Positions 11,387 to 23,768 of a stretch of DNA of 64,000 nucleotides are shown here, piece by piece; within the stretch, counting starts at the first letter, position 1, and every line of letters starts with the position of its first letter. Under the pieces are notes generated by a model that saw nothing but the letters and a program-made list of their open reading frames with translations, was not told the DNA's origin and did not search any database. Location of the stretch: the NCBI RefSeq assembly GCF_021869535.1, contig NW_026262690.1:2542001-2606000 (forward strand), in the 5' to 3' direction. The translations under genes were made by a program, and so were the position numbers. Source of the stretch: Mytilus californianus (lineage: Eukaryota).

Positions 11387-14300
11387 ATGGTAAGTTTAAT
11401 AAAAACTTTGCATCACTGTTTTTTTATAACTTATCATAATTGTTTCTGTGACTTATCATAATTGTTGTTAATTAATAATAAAAAAAGCTTATGATGCTAA
11501 AGCATAATCTGTAGTAACATCTTTAGTGGTCAGAAATATGAATTGTGATATTTTTAAAACTTACGTCATTACTTGACAGCAATAGAAAAATCGGAGAAGA
11601 TCATTTTATTTTCTAAAAACTAAGTACAAAATGATATTAAATGAATGCAAACTCTTAACATGGTTGCTTGTCAATATTTGTACACCTCAAAAAGACCCAT
11701 TTTTTAGTATATATTTGTAAATACGAAATATGTTTCCTCGAGGACGTTATCGTTTATGTTCCCATGGATACGGTCACCTGTCAACCAAGCATGCTGTTTT
11801 ATGTTTTTTTTATTTTAGCCAGTTTGTTTGTTCATGTGGTATTAATCATCATTTCAAAACATTACAATGATGTCTGCTTGTTAATCCAAATCCTTTTCCC
11901 CGCCAAATTAGTGTTTTCACATTAATGACTAAGGAATGCATGTACTTTTGAAAACGCACTCATGTGCATCTAGTAGACTCTACGAATATTGTAGTATATA
12001 TATATGTAACACTCCCAAACGTGTCCATCCCCCCAAACGTGTCCGATTCCCCCAAACGTGTCCATTCTCCCCAAACGTGTCCGTTATATTCAATATTGCC
12101 CAAACGTGTCCGATTTCATAACCCCCAAACGTGTCCAATAATTGTTTTTCGCCAAAACGTGTCCACTGTTAAACGCCAGAACGTCTCACGTCTTTTAGCG
12201 CTAATACATGTACAAATGACATCAATAACGTTTACGGCAATTCTATGATGGGGGACACAGTTGATGAAGTGGTCATTTATTATCATTAGTTTGTTCAATG
12301 CCGGTTGTTAATGATTATCATAATTGCAAATTTAATCTGTAACATATGAATTAACTTTTGACTGAAATGCAAGTTGCAAGTATTGCATTCTGATTTAGAG
12401 CGAACATACAAATAATTTTAGTACAGTTGAATTAATCGTTTACCAAGTGAATTATTTTGTATTATTACATTGGTAGCAATGAATTACATTGATTTCCCAG
12501 TCAAATAAAAACCGATAATTTCACATGTGAAATAAACGTGGTTATTTCACTCTCTGACGTCATACAACAATAGGCGTTGTCAAGACGTCGATAACGTCGG
12601 ATCAAAACAAATTGTGAATGCGTAGAAAAAAGATATAGTTCCTTACATTTTCTACATTAATTTCATTAAAAAAAAGCCATTTGTCAATGTAATAAAAAGA
12701 ATAACTAATCAAAGAATTCAAATATCGAAAAATATTCAACTCGTGACCGAACAACACTGATAATTAACTCATGCGCTACGCGCATTCGTGAATTAATGTG
12801 TTGTTCGGTCACTCGTTGAATATTTTTCTCTATTTGAATTCTTCGATTAGTTATTCTATAACTAATAAATTCTGATGATGCCTTTTATATTAAACCGAAT
12901 ATTGCACGGCGGGCTTTCCGCAGAATTGACTTCCCTTTTTTCAACAGTTCTGGTATTTTAAAAACTCTTCAAATCAAAAGTTTACTGTTTATCAGGTTTT
13001 TTAATAAATTTTAGGTTTCGAGCATCACTAAAGACACACAAACAAGAGACATAACGTCCAGTGCCAAATATTTCATGCATTATTTGAACGACATCATGTT
13101 AACAATAAATACTGTACATAGGTTTTATTATCATACCGGGAATTTAGGATTAGGCCTAAATTTTTACAGTTATTCGGGATTGACACTAGTTGGGGTTTTA
13201 ATCTAAAAAATTTAAGAGCCAGTAACAACCAATTTTTTTAAGACTTCAGTAAGAAACTACTTCAATCTCCGTTATGTAAGAGGCCGTTTTAAATAAAAGT
13301 TGCGGAAATTAAAAAAAAAGAATGTTGCCTTCCAAAATACAACTGATGGCACCATGAAAGAGTGAATTGCTACACAGGTTTTAATGCGCAGAGAGAGTGA
13401 CATTCTCCCTACACGAGGTATTTGATTTAATATCTACAAATTAACTGAGCATGGCTGCTTACATTTACATCCAACATAGCCGAACATATTGGCACTTTTA
13501 CCCAGATTATACTGCCGGTTAAAAAAAGACCTAAAGTAATTTATTTCTATTTTTTTAATGAAATAGTAAAATGAGTATACGGTAATGAAAAAGCAATAAC
13601 CAAATAACCTACGAATTGATAATATGGACACGAATGATAGTTCCAGTAAAGGAAAAAAAATTAAGCTTGATATGGACGCGTTTGGGGGATTGGACACGTT
13701 TGGGGTATTGGGCACGTTTGGGTGTTTATACAAATGACATGCTTTGGTGCCCTTTTACATTAGGACATGTTTTGCAGTTCAGTGACGTCATGTGGACACG
13801 TTTGGGGGAATCGGACACGTTTGGGGGGAAGGACACGTTTCTGAGTGTTACATATATATAAGGTTTATTGACATAATTTAATTGATTCATTTTGCAATAT
13901 GTCAGTTTATTGAATATGTTATCTTATTAAACTGAAGTTGTTCTCCTTCTAACAAAGTGGCTTTGAGTTGCGATGCTCACAAATGATATAAGTACATGCA
14001 TTGTTTTCTGTACCTTTTATCTCGACCGCACCAGATAAAAGTTTCTTTTGTGTAAGATAGACAATCCAATTTTCAATAAGAACTTCTGTTACGCCTACAC
14101 AGTTCAACCTGTTATGAAATAACATAAACGGTACCAATTTTTCTGCACCAGATGCGCATTTCGACAATCAATGTCTTTTCAGTGATGCTCAAGGTCAAAA
14201 TATTTGAAAGACCAAAACTTATTAAAAAGATGAAGAGCTATAAGCCAAAAAGGACAAAAAAAGTATAGCCAAAGCCGGGCACAACTTTTTTGCGAAATTT

Positions 14301-16135
14301 TACATCATTTATATGCCTTAATGTTCTACCAATTATAAGTATTACAAGATGTGTGTACTGCCCCTTCTTTTTTTAGTCTTCCAGGGAATTTACTTGACTG
14401 TTCTCCGAATTTCATCCTCATAAAAACTATAGTCTTTTAAACACGAGCGACATTAAAAACGATATTGTTACAGTATATACTTAAGAAACACATACTGGAA
14501 TGATATTTTATCAGTACATTCGTTCTGAAATATATTCTTTGAATTATTATAATCTCGTGTTTATGTTTGAGACACATTTTACATGAATGTTTTTGTACGG
14601 TTTTATAATATATTTCTGTTCGACTTCTACCATAAATTATTTATTACACGTTTCATATAAAGTACGTTAAATGCGATTGCTGGTACGAAATGTGCATTTT
14701 AAAGACAAACTTCTTTCTTTTCCTATAATTTCAGAGGTACCTACCGTTTATTCTAGTGGTGATTTGTAGTTTTGCTACCGTACACACATGTCCAATGTCG
14801 TGTTCGTGTATTGCAGATACAATATCATGCAATAATCGAGGTCTTACAAGTCTTCCAACCTTCAGTATTGCCGAAATGAGAGGTGTCAAAGTATTAGACC
14901 TGAGTCACAATAGCTTTACCAGCCTACCAGTCAACGCTTTTCCGAATAGTCATTTTGAAACATTGAAACTAGACCACAATCGACTTCAGACACTACCTAA
15001 CGGTACCTTTCAAGGTGTAGCTCGTGATATAAAGTACATCGACTTAAGCAATAATCAACTCTTAACCCTTCCGGATGCTCTTGCGTCTTTAGAAAAGTTA
15101 ATATCATTGAACGTGTCCAATAACTATCGAGGGACAAATGATATTACCTTGCCAAACAATGTAATGAGGGCTTTGGGAGATACATTGGAAGAGTTTACAT
15201 TCGGAAGTATTCAACAACGGGATTGGCCGAGAACTCTCAACCATTTCCAGAATCTGCATCGCTTAGAGATTACAGCTCTCCATCCGGACTTGACTATACT
15301 TCCGCCCACTGGTTTCCATGGTTTCGAAACAACCCTTGTTGAATTGTCTATTCATGATACAAACTTGCTAGCTGTACCACTGGGTATTTCCAAGTTACGC
15401 AATTTACTGACGCTGAACTACGACGACAATCATAATACCGGAGACAGTGGAATACTTGTTCAGTCATTCCCGACAAGCAGAATTTCAAAACTTGCAACAT
15501 TGTCGCTTAAAGGAGACTCGCTGACAGTGTTTCCACTTGTCTTGAAATATCTCCAGAAGTTGACAAAGTTTAGCATTGATAATAATCCACTTGATTTCTT
15601 AAGCGAAACCTCTGTGGAGGGACTACATACTCTTCGTGAATTAACAATAAGAAATTGTTCTTTGGAGCGAATACCGGCCGCTTTGGCAACAATTGCAGCA
15701 TTAAACGCTATTGACTTCTCTTTTAATGCAATAGAGACTGTAGAAAAACGTGACTTACAAGGCTTCTCCAATATACAAAAGTTAACCCTTTCAAACATGC
15801 CACTGAAATATATTTCACGTGACTCCTTAGCGCCGCTGCATTCTCTACAAATTCTGGAGCTAAATAATACTGCCCTCAGAGAAGTACCACTTGCAATTAA
15901 TTTCACAGATAATCTGAAGAACGTCAGCATTGGACATAACCGCATTGACTGTATGTGTGAAAACATGGTCTGGCTATTCCACAAGGCAGTCGAGTGTAAC
16001 CCAAGTGGAACCCATGGGTTTCAGGTCATCGGCGAATGTGATACAATTCATGCAACTGTGGAAGAGTATTTGACGGACTTTGTGAAGAGATGTCCGGGCT
16101 ACAAAGAAATTTGTAATATCATGCCTTATGGCTAG
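11387..16135 (+). CDS. Secreted LRR-only protein LRR2 (467 aa), two coding exons: 11387-11389 (ATG only) and 14735-16135
   Basis: ccaATG|gtaagt donor at 11389 and ttcctataatttcag| acceptor at 14734 give MRYLPFILVVICSFATVHT-CPMSCSC. An in-frame TAA at 14726 forces an intron. LRR array and LRRCT (IDCMC..W..ECDT..CP) present; AATAAA at 16176. Confidence 0.9.
12005..13852. mobile_element. Non-autonomous DNA transposon (~1.85 kb) with TGTAACACTC..GAGTGTTACA termini and subterminal CCCAAACGTGTCC repeats, inserted in (TA)n in the LRR2 intron
   Basis: The two ends are reverse complements over >60 bp and are flanked by TATATA. TGT..ACA ends resemble Ginger-type elements (inference). No transposase ORF. 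Confidence 0.85.
12698..12857. repeat. ~160-bp imperfect palindrome (hairpin) centred on GCGCTACGCGC
   Basis: Arms agaataactaatc..gtgaccgaacaacac and gtgttgttcggtcac..gattagttattct are reverse complements. Confidence 0.85.
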
Positions 16136-16384
16136 TATCCGACTCGTTCTTTTTTTATTTGACAATCAAAACTAAAATAAATTCCCACATATCTCGGTTT
16201 TCTTTTTCCTAATATATATATACATTTGAATTGTCTGTGATTGACATTCCATAGTATTTTATATAAATGTTCTCTGAAAACGCAGTATTCGTCACCAATC
16301 ATTATAATGAAACATTATGTATACATTTTTAAAAGAATTCCAACAATATTTTTGACTGACCAGGTGTATGTACAAATCTATAGA

Positions 16385-19300
16385 ACTGAAGGCAACAGTA
16401 GTTTACCACATAAATCTATTGAACTTTAGGCAACATTAGTATATCACATATATCTATTGAACGTAAGGCAACAATAGTTTACCACATAAATCTATTGAAC
16501 CTTATGCAACAGTAGATTACCTCATAAATCTATGAACTTAAGGCAACTGTAGTTTACCACATAAATCTATTGAACGTTAGGCAACAGTAGTTTACCACAT
16601 AAATCTATTTAATGTTAGGCAACAGTAGTTTACCACATAAATTTATTGAACGTCAGGCAACAGCAGTTTACCTCATAAATTATATAACTCAAGGCAACAG
16701 TAGTTTACCTCATAAATCTATTGAACTAAAGGCACCAGTAGTTAACCTCATAAATCTATTGAACTGGGGGCAACAGTAGTTACCACATAAATCTATTGCA
16801 CTCAAGGTAACAGTAGTTTACTTCAGAAATCTATTGAACTTTAGGCAACAGTAGTTACCACATTAATCTATTGCACTCAAGGTAACAGTAGTTTACTTCA
16901 GAAATCTTTTGAACTTTAGGCAACAGTAGTTTACCACATATATCTATTGAATTTTAGGCAACAGTAGTTTACCACATAAATCTATTGAATTTTAGGCAAC
17001 AGCAGTTTACCACATATATCTATTGAATTTTAGGCAACAGTAGTTTACCACATAAATCTATTGAATTTTAGGCAACAGTAGTTTACCACATATATTTATT
17101 GAATTTTAGGCAACAGTAGTTTACCACATAAATCTATTGAACTTTAGGCAACAGTAGTTTACCTCATAACATTAAATCTATTGAGAAGGTACGAATCAAG
17201 GTTACACTAAAGGGAATCGTATGAACTTCAACAGGTGCGTCGACAGGATAAGTGTCTCCTGATATAGATGCATCACCTGTCATGCTAATCGACACTCAGT
17301 CAAAATGTCAACTTAAGAACGATGTTTCTACTTTTCTACTCCATACATTGTAAAAATCAAAACACCAATAAAACACTACAAAGTACGGTTACAAGTAACT
17401 TGCATCAAAATAAACGGTACATGTTATTGGTGTGTTTGTGTATTGTGTGCCGATGGTAAACTAGTAAAGAAAGATACAGGTGTTGGTTGTGTGTCGTTAA
17501 CAAAAAGAACACTTCTAATGGATTGCCTTATGCCAGTAAAGATCTGCGATTCTATAAAAGAGAATATGAATTGCTACTGGAATTTGCAAAAGTGACCATG
17601 ACAGCATGCTCTTTCGTAGATGGTAAACAAACTTCTTTCTTTATATTTATATGATAAAAGAACCGTACAATAACAATAATGAAGACAAATATAGAGCATC
17701 TAGGTGTTCAGCTTAATAAATTACTGGTTTGTCATTAGATAGCCATCACTTTGATTTTAACCGCTTAATCACAATACCTTGTAATTCAGCTCTGAGCATC
17801 TTACCATTTACCAGTTAGACTCGATATGGTGCATGGATCTTACCATTTACCAGTTAGACTTGATATGGTATATGGTCGAAAAATGCATTCTTTTTTTTTA
17901 TTTATATTATTTGTGTTTCATGTTTACAAAAAATCATGTTATATTTTAAACCGTGTTGACCAGGACAACAAAAAGTTTAGTATGAGACAGAAAAATATCA
18001 GAACTTTGTATAAAGTATAAACAGATAGACTTGTCAACAAAACAGAATAATGATTAAATCTTTTTGTTTTATGCTTTACCACATAAACCTATTGAACTCA
18101 AGGTAACAGTAGTTTACCACATAAATCTATTGAACTCAAGGTAACAGTAGTTTACCTCATAAATCTATTGAACTTTAGGCAACAGTAGTTTACCACATAA
18201 ATCTATTGAACTTTAAGCAACAGTAGTTTACCACATAAATCTATTGAACTTTAAGCAACAGTAGTTTACCACATAAATCTATTGAACTTTAAGCAACAGT
18301 AGTTTACCGCATAAATCTATTGAACTTTAAGCAACAGTAGTTTACCACATAAATCTATTGAACTTTAAGCAACAGTAGTTTACCACATAAATCTATTGAA
18401 CTCAAGGTAACAGTAGTTGACCACATAAATCTATTGAACTCAAGGTAACAGTAGTTTACCTCATAAATCTATTGAACTCAAGGTAACAGTAGTTTACCTC
18501 ATAAATCTATTGAACTTTAGGCAACAGTAGTTTACCACATAAATCTATTGAACTCAAGGTAACAGTAGTTTACCACATAAATCTATTGAACTCAAGATAA
18601 CAGTAGTTTACCTCATAAATCTATTGAACTCAAGGTTACAGTAGTTTACCTCATAAATCTATTGAACTTTAGGCAACAGTAGTTTACCACATAAATCTAT
18701 TGAACTTTAAGCAACAGTAGTTTACCACATAAATCTATTGAACTTTAAGCAACAGTAGTTTACCACATAAATCTATTGAACTCAAGGTAACAGTAGTTTA
18801 CCACATAAATCTATTGAACTCAAGGTAACAGTAGTTTACCTCATAAATCTATTGAACTCAAGGTAACAGTAGTTTACCTCATAAATCTATTGAACTTTAG
18901 GCAACAGTAGTTTACCACATAAATCTATTGAACTTTAAGCAACAGTAGTTTACCACATAAATCTATTGAACTTTAAGCAACAGTTGTTTACTACATAAAT
19001 CTATTGAACTTTAAGCAACAGTTGTTTACCACATAAATCTATTGAACTTTAAGCAACAGTTGTTTACCACATAAATCTATTGAACTTTAAGCAACAGTTG
19101 TTTAACACATAAATCTATTGAACTTTAAGCAACAGTTGTTTACCACATAAATCTATTGAACTCAAGGTAACAGTAGTTTACCTCATAAATCTATTGAACT
19201 TTAGGCAACAGTAGTTTACCACATAAATCTATTGAACTTTAAGCAACAGTAGTTTACCACATAAATCTATTGAACTTTAAGCAACAGTAGTTTACCACAT

Positions 19301-19780
19301 AAATCTATTGAACTCAAGGTAACAGTAGTTTACCACATAAATCTATTGAACTCAAGGTAACAGTAGTTTACCTCATAAATCGATTGAACTCAAGGTAACA
19401 GTAGTTTACCTCATAAATCTATTGAACTTTAGGCAACAGTAGTTTACCACATAAATCTATTGAACTTTAAGCAACAGTAGTTTACCACATAAATCTATTG
19501 AACTTTAAGCAACAGTTGTTTACTACATAAATCTATTGAACTTTAAGCAACAGTTGTTTACCACATAAATCTATTGAACTTTAAGCAACAGTTGTTTACC
19601 ACATAAATCTATTGAACTTTAAGCAACAGTTGTTTAACACATAAATCTATTGAACTTTAAGCAACAGTTGTTTACCACATAAATCTATTGAACTTTATGC
19701 AACAGTTGTTTACTACATAAATCTATTGAACTTTAGGCAAAAGTTGTTTACCACATAAATCTATTGAACTTTAGGCTTGT
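16385..19780. repeat. 38-bp satellite (AACAGTAGTTTACCACATAAATCTATTGAACTTTAAGC)n in two blocks (16385-17180, 18070-19780) just 3' of LRR2
   Basis: Period of 38 measured. Variants CTCAAGGT, CTTTAAGC and CTTTAGGC are visible. Confidence 0.97.
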
Positions 19781-20487
19781 TTAGATTACTGTTTTCGGCG
19801 GTAAATAACTTTTTCTTATGATAAGCAGATTATCGAATTGGCAACACCCTGAAGCAAACATTGGCTCTTAATTCAAAATTCACTGTTCTGGTCTAGGTCC
19901 GTTTCGTTTCGTTTTACGTTCCCATAAAATTATATATTTTGGCTAACGTGAAATCCTTTGACCTTGATCGTACCTGATGAAATCAGAAAGTGAGCACAAA
20001 CATTGTATTATACGATGTACATTTGTTTATCGCTAATCTTTATAAAGACGGAATACTAGTACATCACTTGATATATAATTTCAATATACAACTGTGCACT
20101 ATTGCGAGGACCTATTTTCTGTAAATAATCTAATACCTATTCAATTTATCAAAATGATCATGCTATAACTGAATCAAACGTGTGCTTTCGATCTTAATAT
20201 AAGGATTTTCACGGTAATCTTCACACTAACAAAAATGTATGAAAAACGGGACCATAATTCCTTTCCTTTGGTAGATAACGTTTGATTTTTTCAGTTTAAA
20301 GGACTTCCTCCTTTTTAAATTTAGCTTGTTTCTTATACTTTTTTCCTATTGTTTAATTTCTTAAAGACCAGTTGAGTAAACTCCCCTTCGCAAGTAATTT
20401 CCATTAAACACAAATAAGTGTGTATATTATATTTGAATATTCACATCAGCGAAAGGACCATCACACTTCCCAACAGACCATCGCACT

Positions 20488-21350
20488 AAAAGACCAAAAA
20501 AGTGAAAAAAGTATATTTTAACAAAATGCATTTGACTAGCAGGTCGAACAACGGATGTTCTTAAACCCTGCTGACTGCCATGGCGATTGCCAAATGAACT
20601 GATCACCAGATGTAACAAAATGGGTCTTAATTATTAAATTAATACCAAACAGAAAACAATAAACTTGCGGAAAAGATGGTATACCGCAAACATGAGGTGC
20701 AAAAATTTGTACACCATATCCGGATTTCGACAATTAATGTCTCTTCAGTGATGTCAAGAATAGAAACGATATTTGGAAGGCCATATAATTTACCTCAATT
20801 TAGGATTGACTCTTCAATTTTGAAGAGTAGAAATAGGACGAACGGGTCATAAAAGCCCGAAGGCAAATATAATACAAGCCTGATCGAAAAAATATAAACA
20901 AGTCTAAATTTAAAACAACGTTCAAACCTATGATTGTGTTGAATAAAAACCGCAATTTTTATACGTGTGCATGCAAAACAAATGTCGGTAGAGGGGTCTT
21001 AATACAGCACAAACAACATTTTCCAAAAGACCAAAAAAGTGGAAAAGTATATTTTAACAAAACGCATTTGACTAGCAGGTCGAACAACGGATGTTCTTAA
21101 ACACTGCTGACTGCCATGGCGATTGCCAAATAAACGGATCACCAGATGTAACAAGATGGATCTTAATTATTAATTTAGTACCAAACAGAAAAAAAAACTT
21201 GCTGAAAAGATGGAATACCGCAAACATGAGGTGCAAAATATTTGTACACCATATCCGGATTTCGACAATTAATGTCTCTTCAGTGATGTTAGGAATCGAA
21301 ACGGTATTTGGAAGGCCATATAATTTACCTCAATTTAGGATTGATTATAT
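20488..21350. repeat. Local ~540-bp-offset direct duplication of a dispersed repeat
   Basis: 20488-20820 aligns by eye with 21027-21350 at high identity. Confidence 0.8.
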
Positions 21351-22810
21351 ATACAGTGCCTAGATTACCAACTTAACAATGTTAGAAAAGATCTGATTCT
21401 TTACTTCCTCCCCAACCGGGCTGGAACCTGCATTTTACTTCTCACGGAAACACTGCCTATATATACATTAAAACAGTATTGCAAATTTTACATAATGTAT
21501 AACATACATTTCTAAAATTCCCCGTTGATAAATTAAGAAACTTAGGTTCCAACTCCTTCAGGCAAAGTTGACTTAGACAAATTTGGTAATTCTTTTGAAG
21601 TTTCTTTTAATAAAATGTCTTATAACGTTTCTGCGTATTTTTACATCCCTGACTTTCAAATACTTATGTTTGAATGTTCTGGATGAAGGTAAAGCCAGAA
21701 AATCACTTTGGATGTACGGAATTTTTACGGTGTTATGTTCATTTACATGCTTTTGTTAAATTTTGCATCAAAGGGTATCAAAAACTAAAATAACATAGTT
21801 TGTATCTGTAAATTAAAATTCAGTTTTATACACCACAGAATGTTTGGAATATTCTCAAGTCTAAATTTTAGCCTACCAACTGCAAAGGTTTCTTTCATAT
21901 ACGATATGCTGTTGTTATAACCATGAAGTGTGCATTTGAAGCTGTGGTACCTAGCATTCTAGTAAAGATTGAAAGTTTTTTTTCAGTAGCTCTGTTGAAA
22001 AATTATGAGTTGAAGATTGTACCAGTTCTTTGGTACATATAACTAGAAATGCAAAAGGATAAGACATTAACCAACACAAATATAATTGTTCTTATATTAT
22101 TATGTGTTAACATGCATCTATTCAACAAATTATACAATAGTTAAAACAAAACATAAACCTTAATGAAATTTTTGAAAGAAAAAAAAAAATAATATGCAAA
22201 GTTATATAAATGATTATCAAGCATAACCAATAACGTATTTTTTTTTAAATATGGATTATAAGATTTAGTGCATTTTTAGTTTAAAATATCGGTAAGTAAA
22301 AACTTAGTCTGAGAATACATGTAATATTGTAATGTTATGGTCTTTATTATTCATGGTAGTATAATCAGTTTATTGATTGTGGCCATTATCAGGCAGAAGC
22401 AGAAGACGAGAGTGTTTTCCAAGTAACGGTACCAGGACAAGATTTCACAAAATAAACTGCACTGCATTACATACACAGTGTATGCTATAAATCTGCAACA
22501 GTCAGTTTGGAATCCATTAGTACTCAGAATCCTCCTCGTACATACATGTATTGAAATTGTTTCTGGAAGTATGAATGGGAATTCTGATTTATATTTATTA
22601 AAATCCAGTACAAATCAGAATTCTAATATCATCAATTAAGATATACATATTTGTACTATAGGAGGATCCTGGATTGTACTACATGAATATTCATAGACAC
22701 ATTATGCATGACAAAATTTTATCTAATCTACTAAACTGAAATAACCGTTTAACCATTTTAATTTCTTATTTAAACAAAACAACATAATAATTTATCATCT
22801 GCATTCCTTC

Positions 22811-22845
22811 AGGGTTAGGGTTAGAGTTAGAGTTGGGGTTAGGGT
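22811..22845 (+). repeat. Short degenerate interstitial telomeric tract (TTAGGG-like x6)
   Basis: agggttagggttagagttagagttggggttaggg read directly. Confidence 0.6.
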
Positions 22846-23768
22846 CACAGTAATACTCGATGTGTTCTTAACACAATTTTGTGTGAGTGTGACAGGTTGC
22901 AAATTTTCCTAAAGTTATGAAATTGAAACTATCACTGGATTCAACACCGGTGAAATTATTTCAGAAAAGGGCCTTGCGTAGATTATGCCATCAGATGGAA
23001 CCGTATCTCGCAAAGAAGAATTGTAACAGGTTAAAATGTTGGAATTACCAGACTGAACAAATGCAGATTAAAGTTTACTACCTTGGTTAATTCTTAATTG
23101 AAATTTATTAACGGTTCAAAGTCAATCTATACGATTTTTTCAGGAGATCAATTAAAATTGGTATTGGTATTTGGTGCTTCTACGCTAAACCCGTAGCGTT
23201 TAGAATTTATAGCAAAGAATAGTTGGCTCGGATTCAAAGCAGTATATCTTATCATTACATTAATATGTAATAAGTACAATAATGCCATATTGTATTTCAT
23301 TGATTTTGTTTTCCTACTTATACAATTTGAAACAAACCCAGTACGATCTAAATCATATAAGCTATAGTTTAGTAATATTCGAAATCCTGTGTACTGGATG
23401 GAAACTTAGTACAATCAAGAATTATCCTGGTACAAATCTTGACATCCCGAGTTCTACTAGTAGATATTAAAATTTCATTTGTTCTGAATTTAAAGTAGTA
23501 TAAATCTGAATTCCTATATGTACCAGTAGAAACTGGAATTCTCGATTGTACCATGGTGATTCTAAGCCCTACATAATTCACATTTTAATTGTAACCTATA
23601 CATAAAGATCATTTCAATGTATGTCATGTATGTTTTTTCAAAAAATGCTTCGTGATCACAATTAGATTTACAATCTAAAACAGATTTCTTTACTTGAATG
23701 GCACTAACTTATGAACAATATTATCCATTCAAAGTGAATCCTGATATAACTTATTTCTTCTTTCCTTT

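Noticed and set aside
11936-13861. Pro/Val-rich ORFs (PKRV and PNVS repeats)
   Set aside because: Translations of the subterminal CCCAAACGTGTCC boxes of the TIR element.
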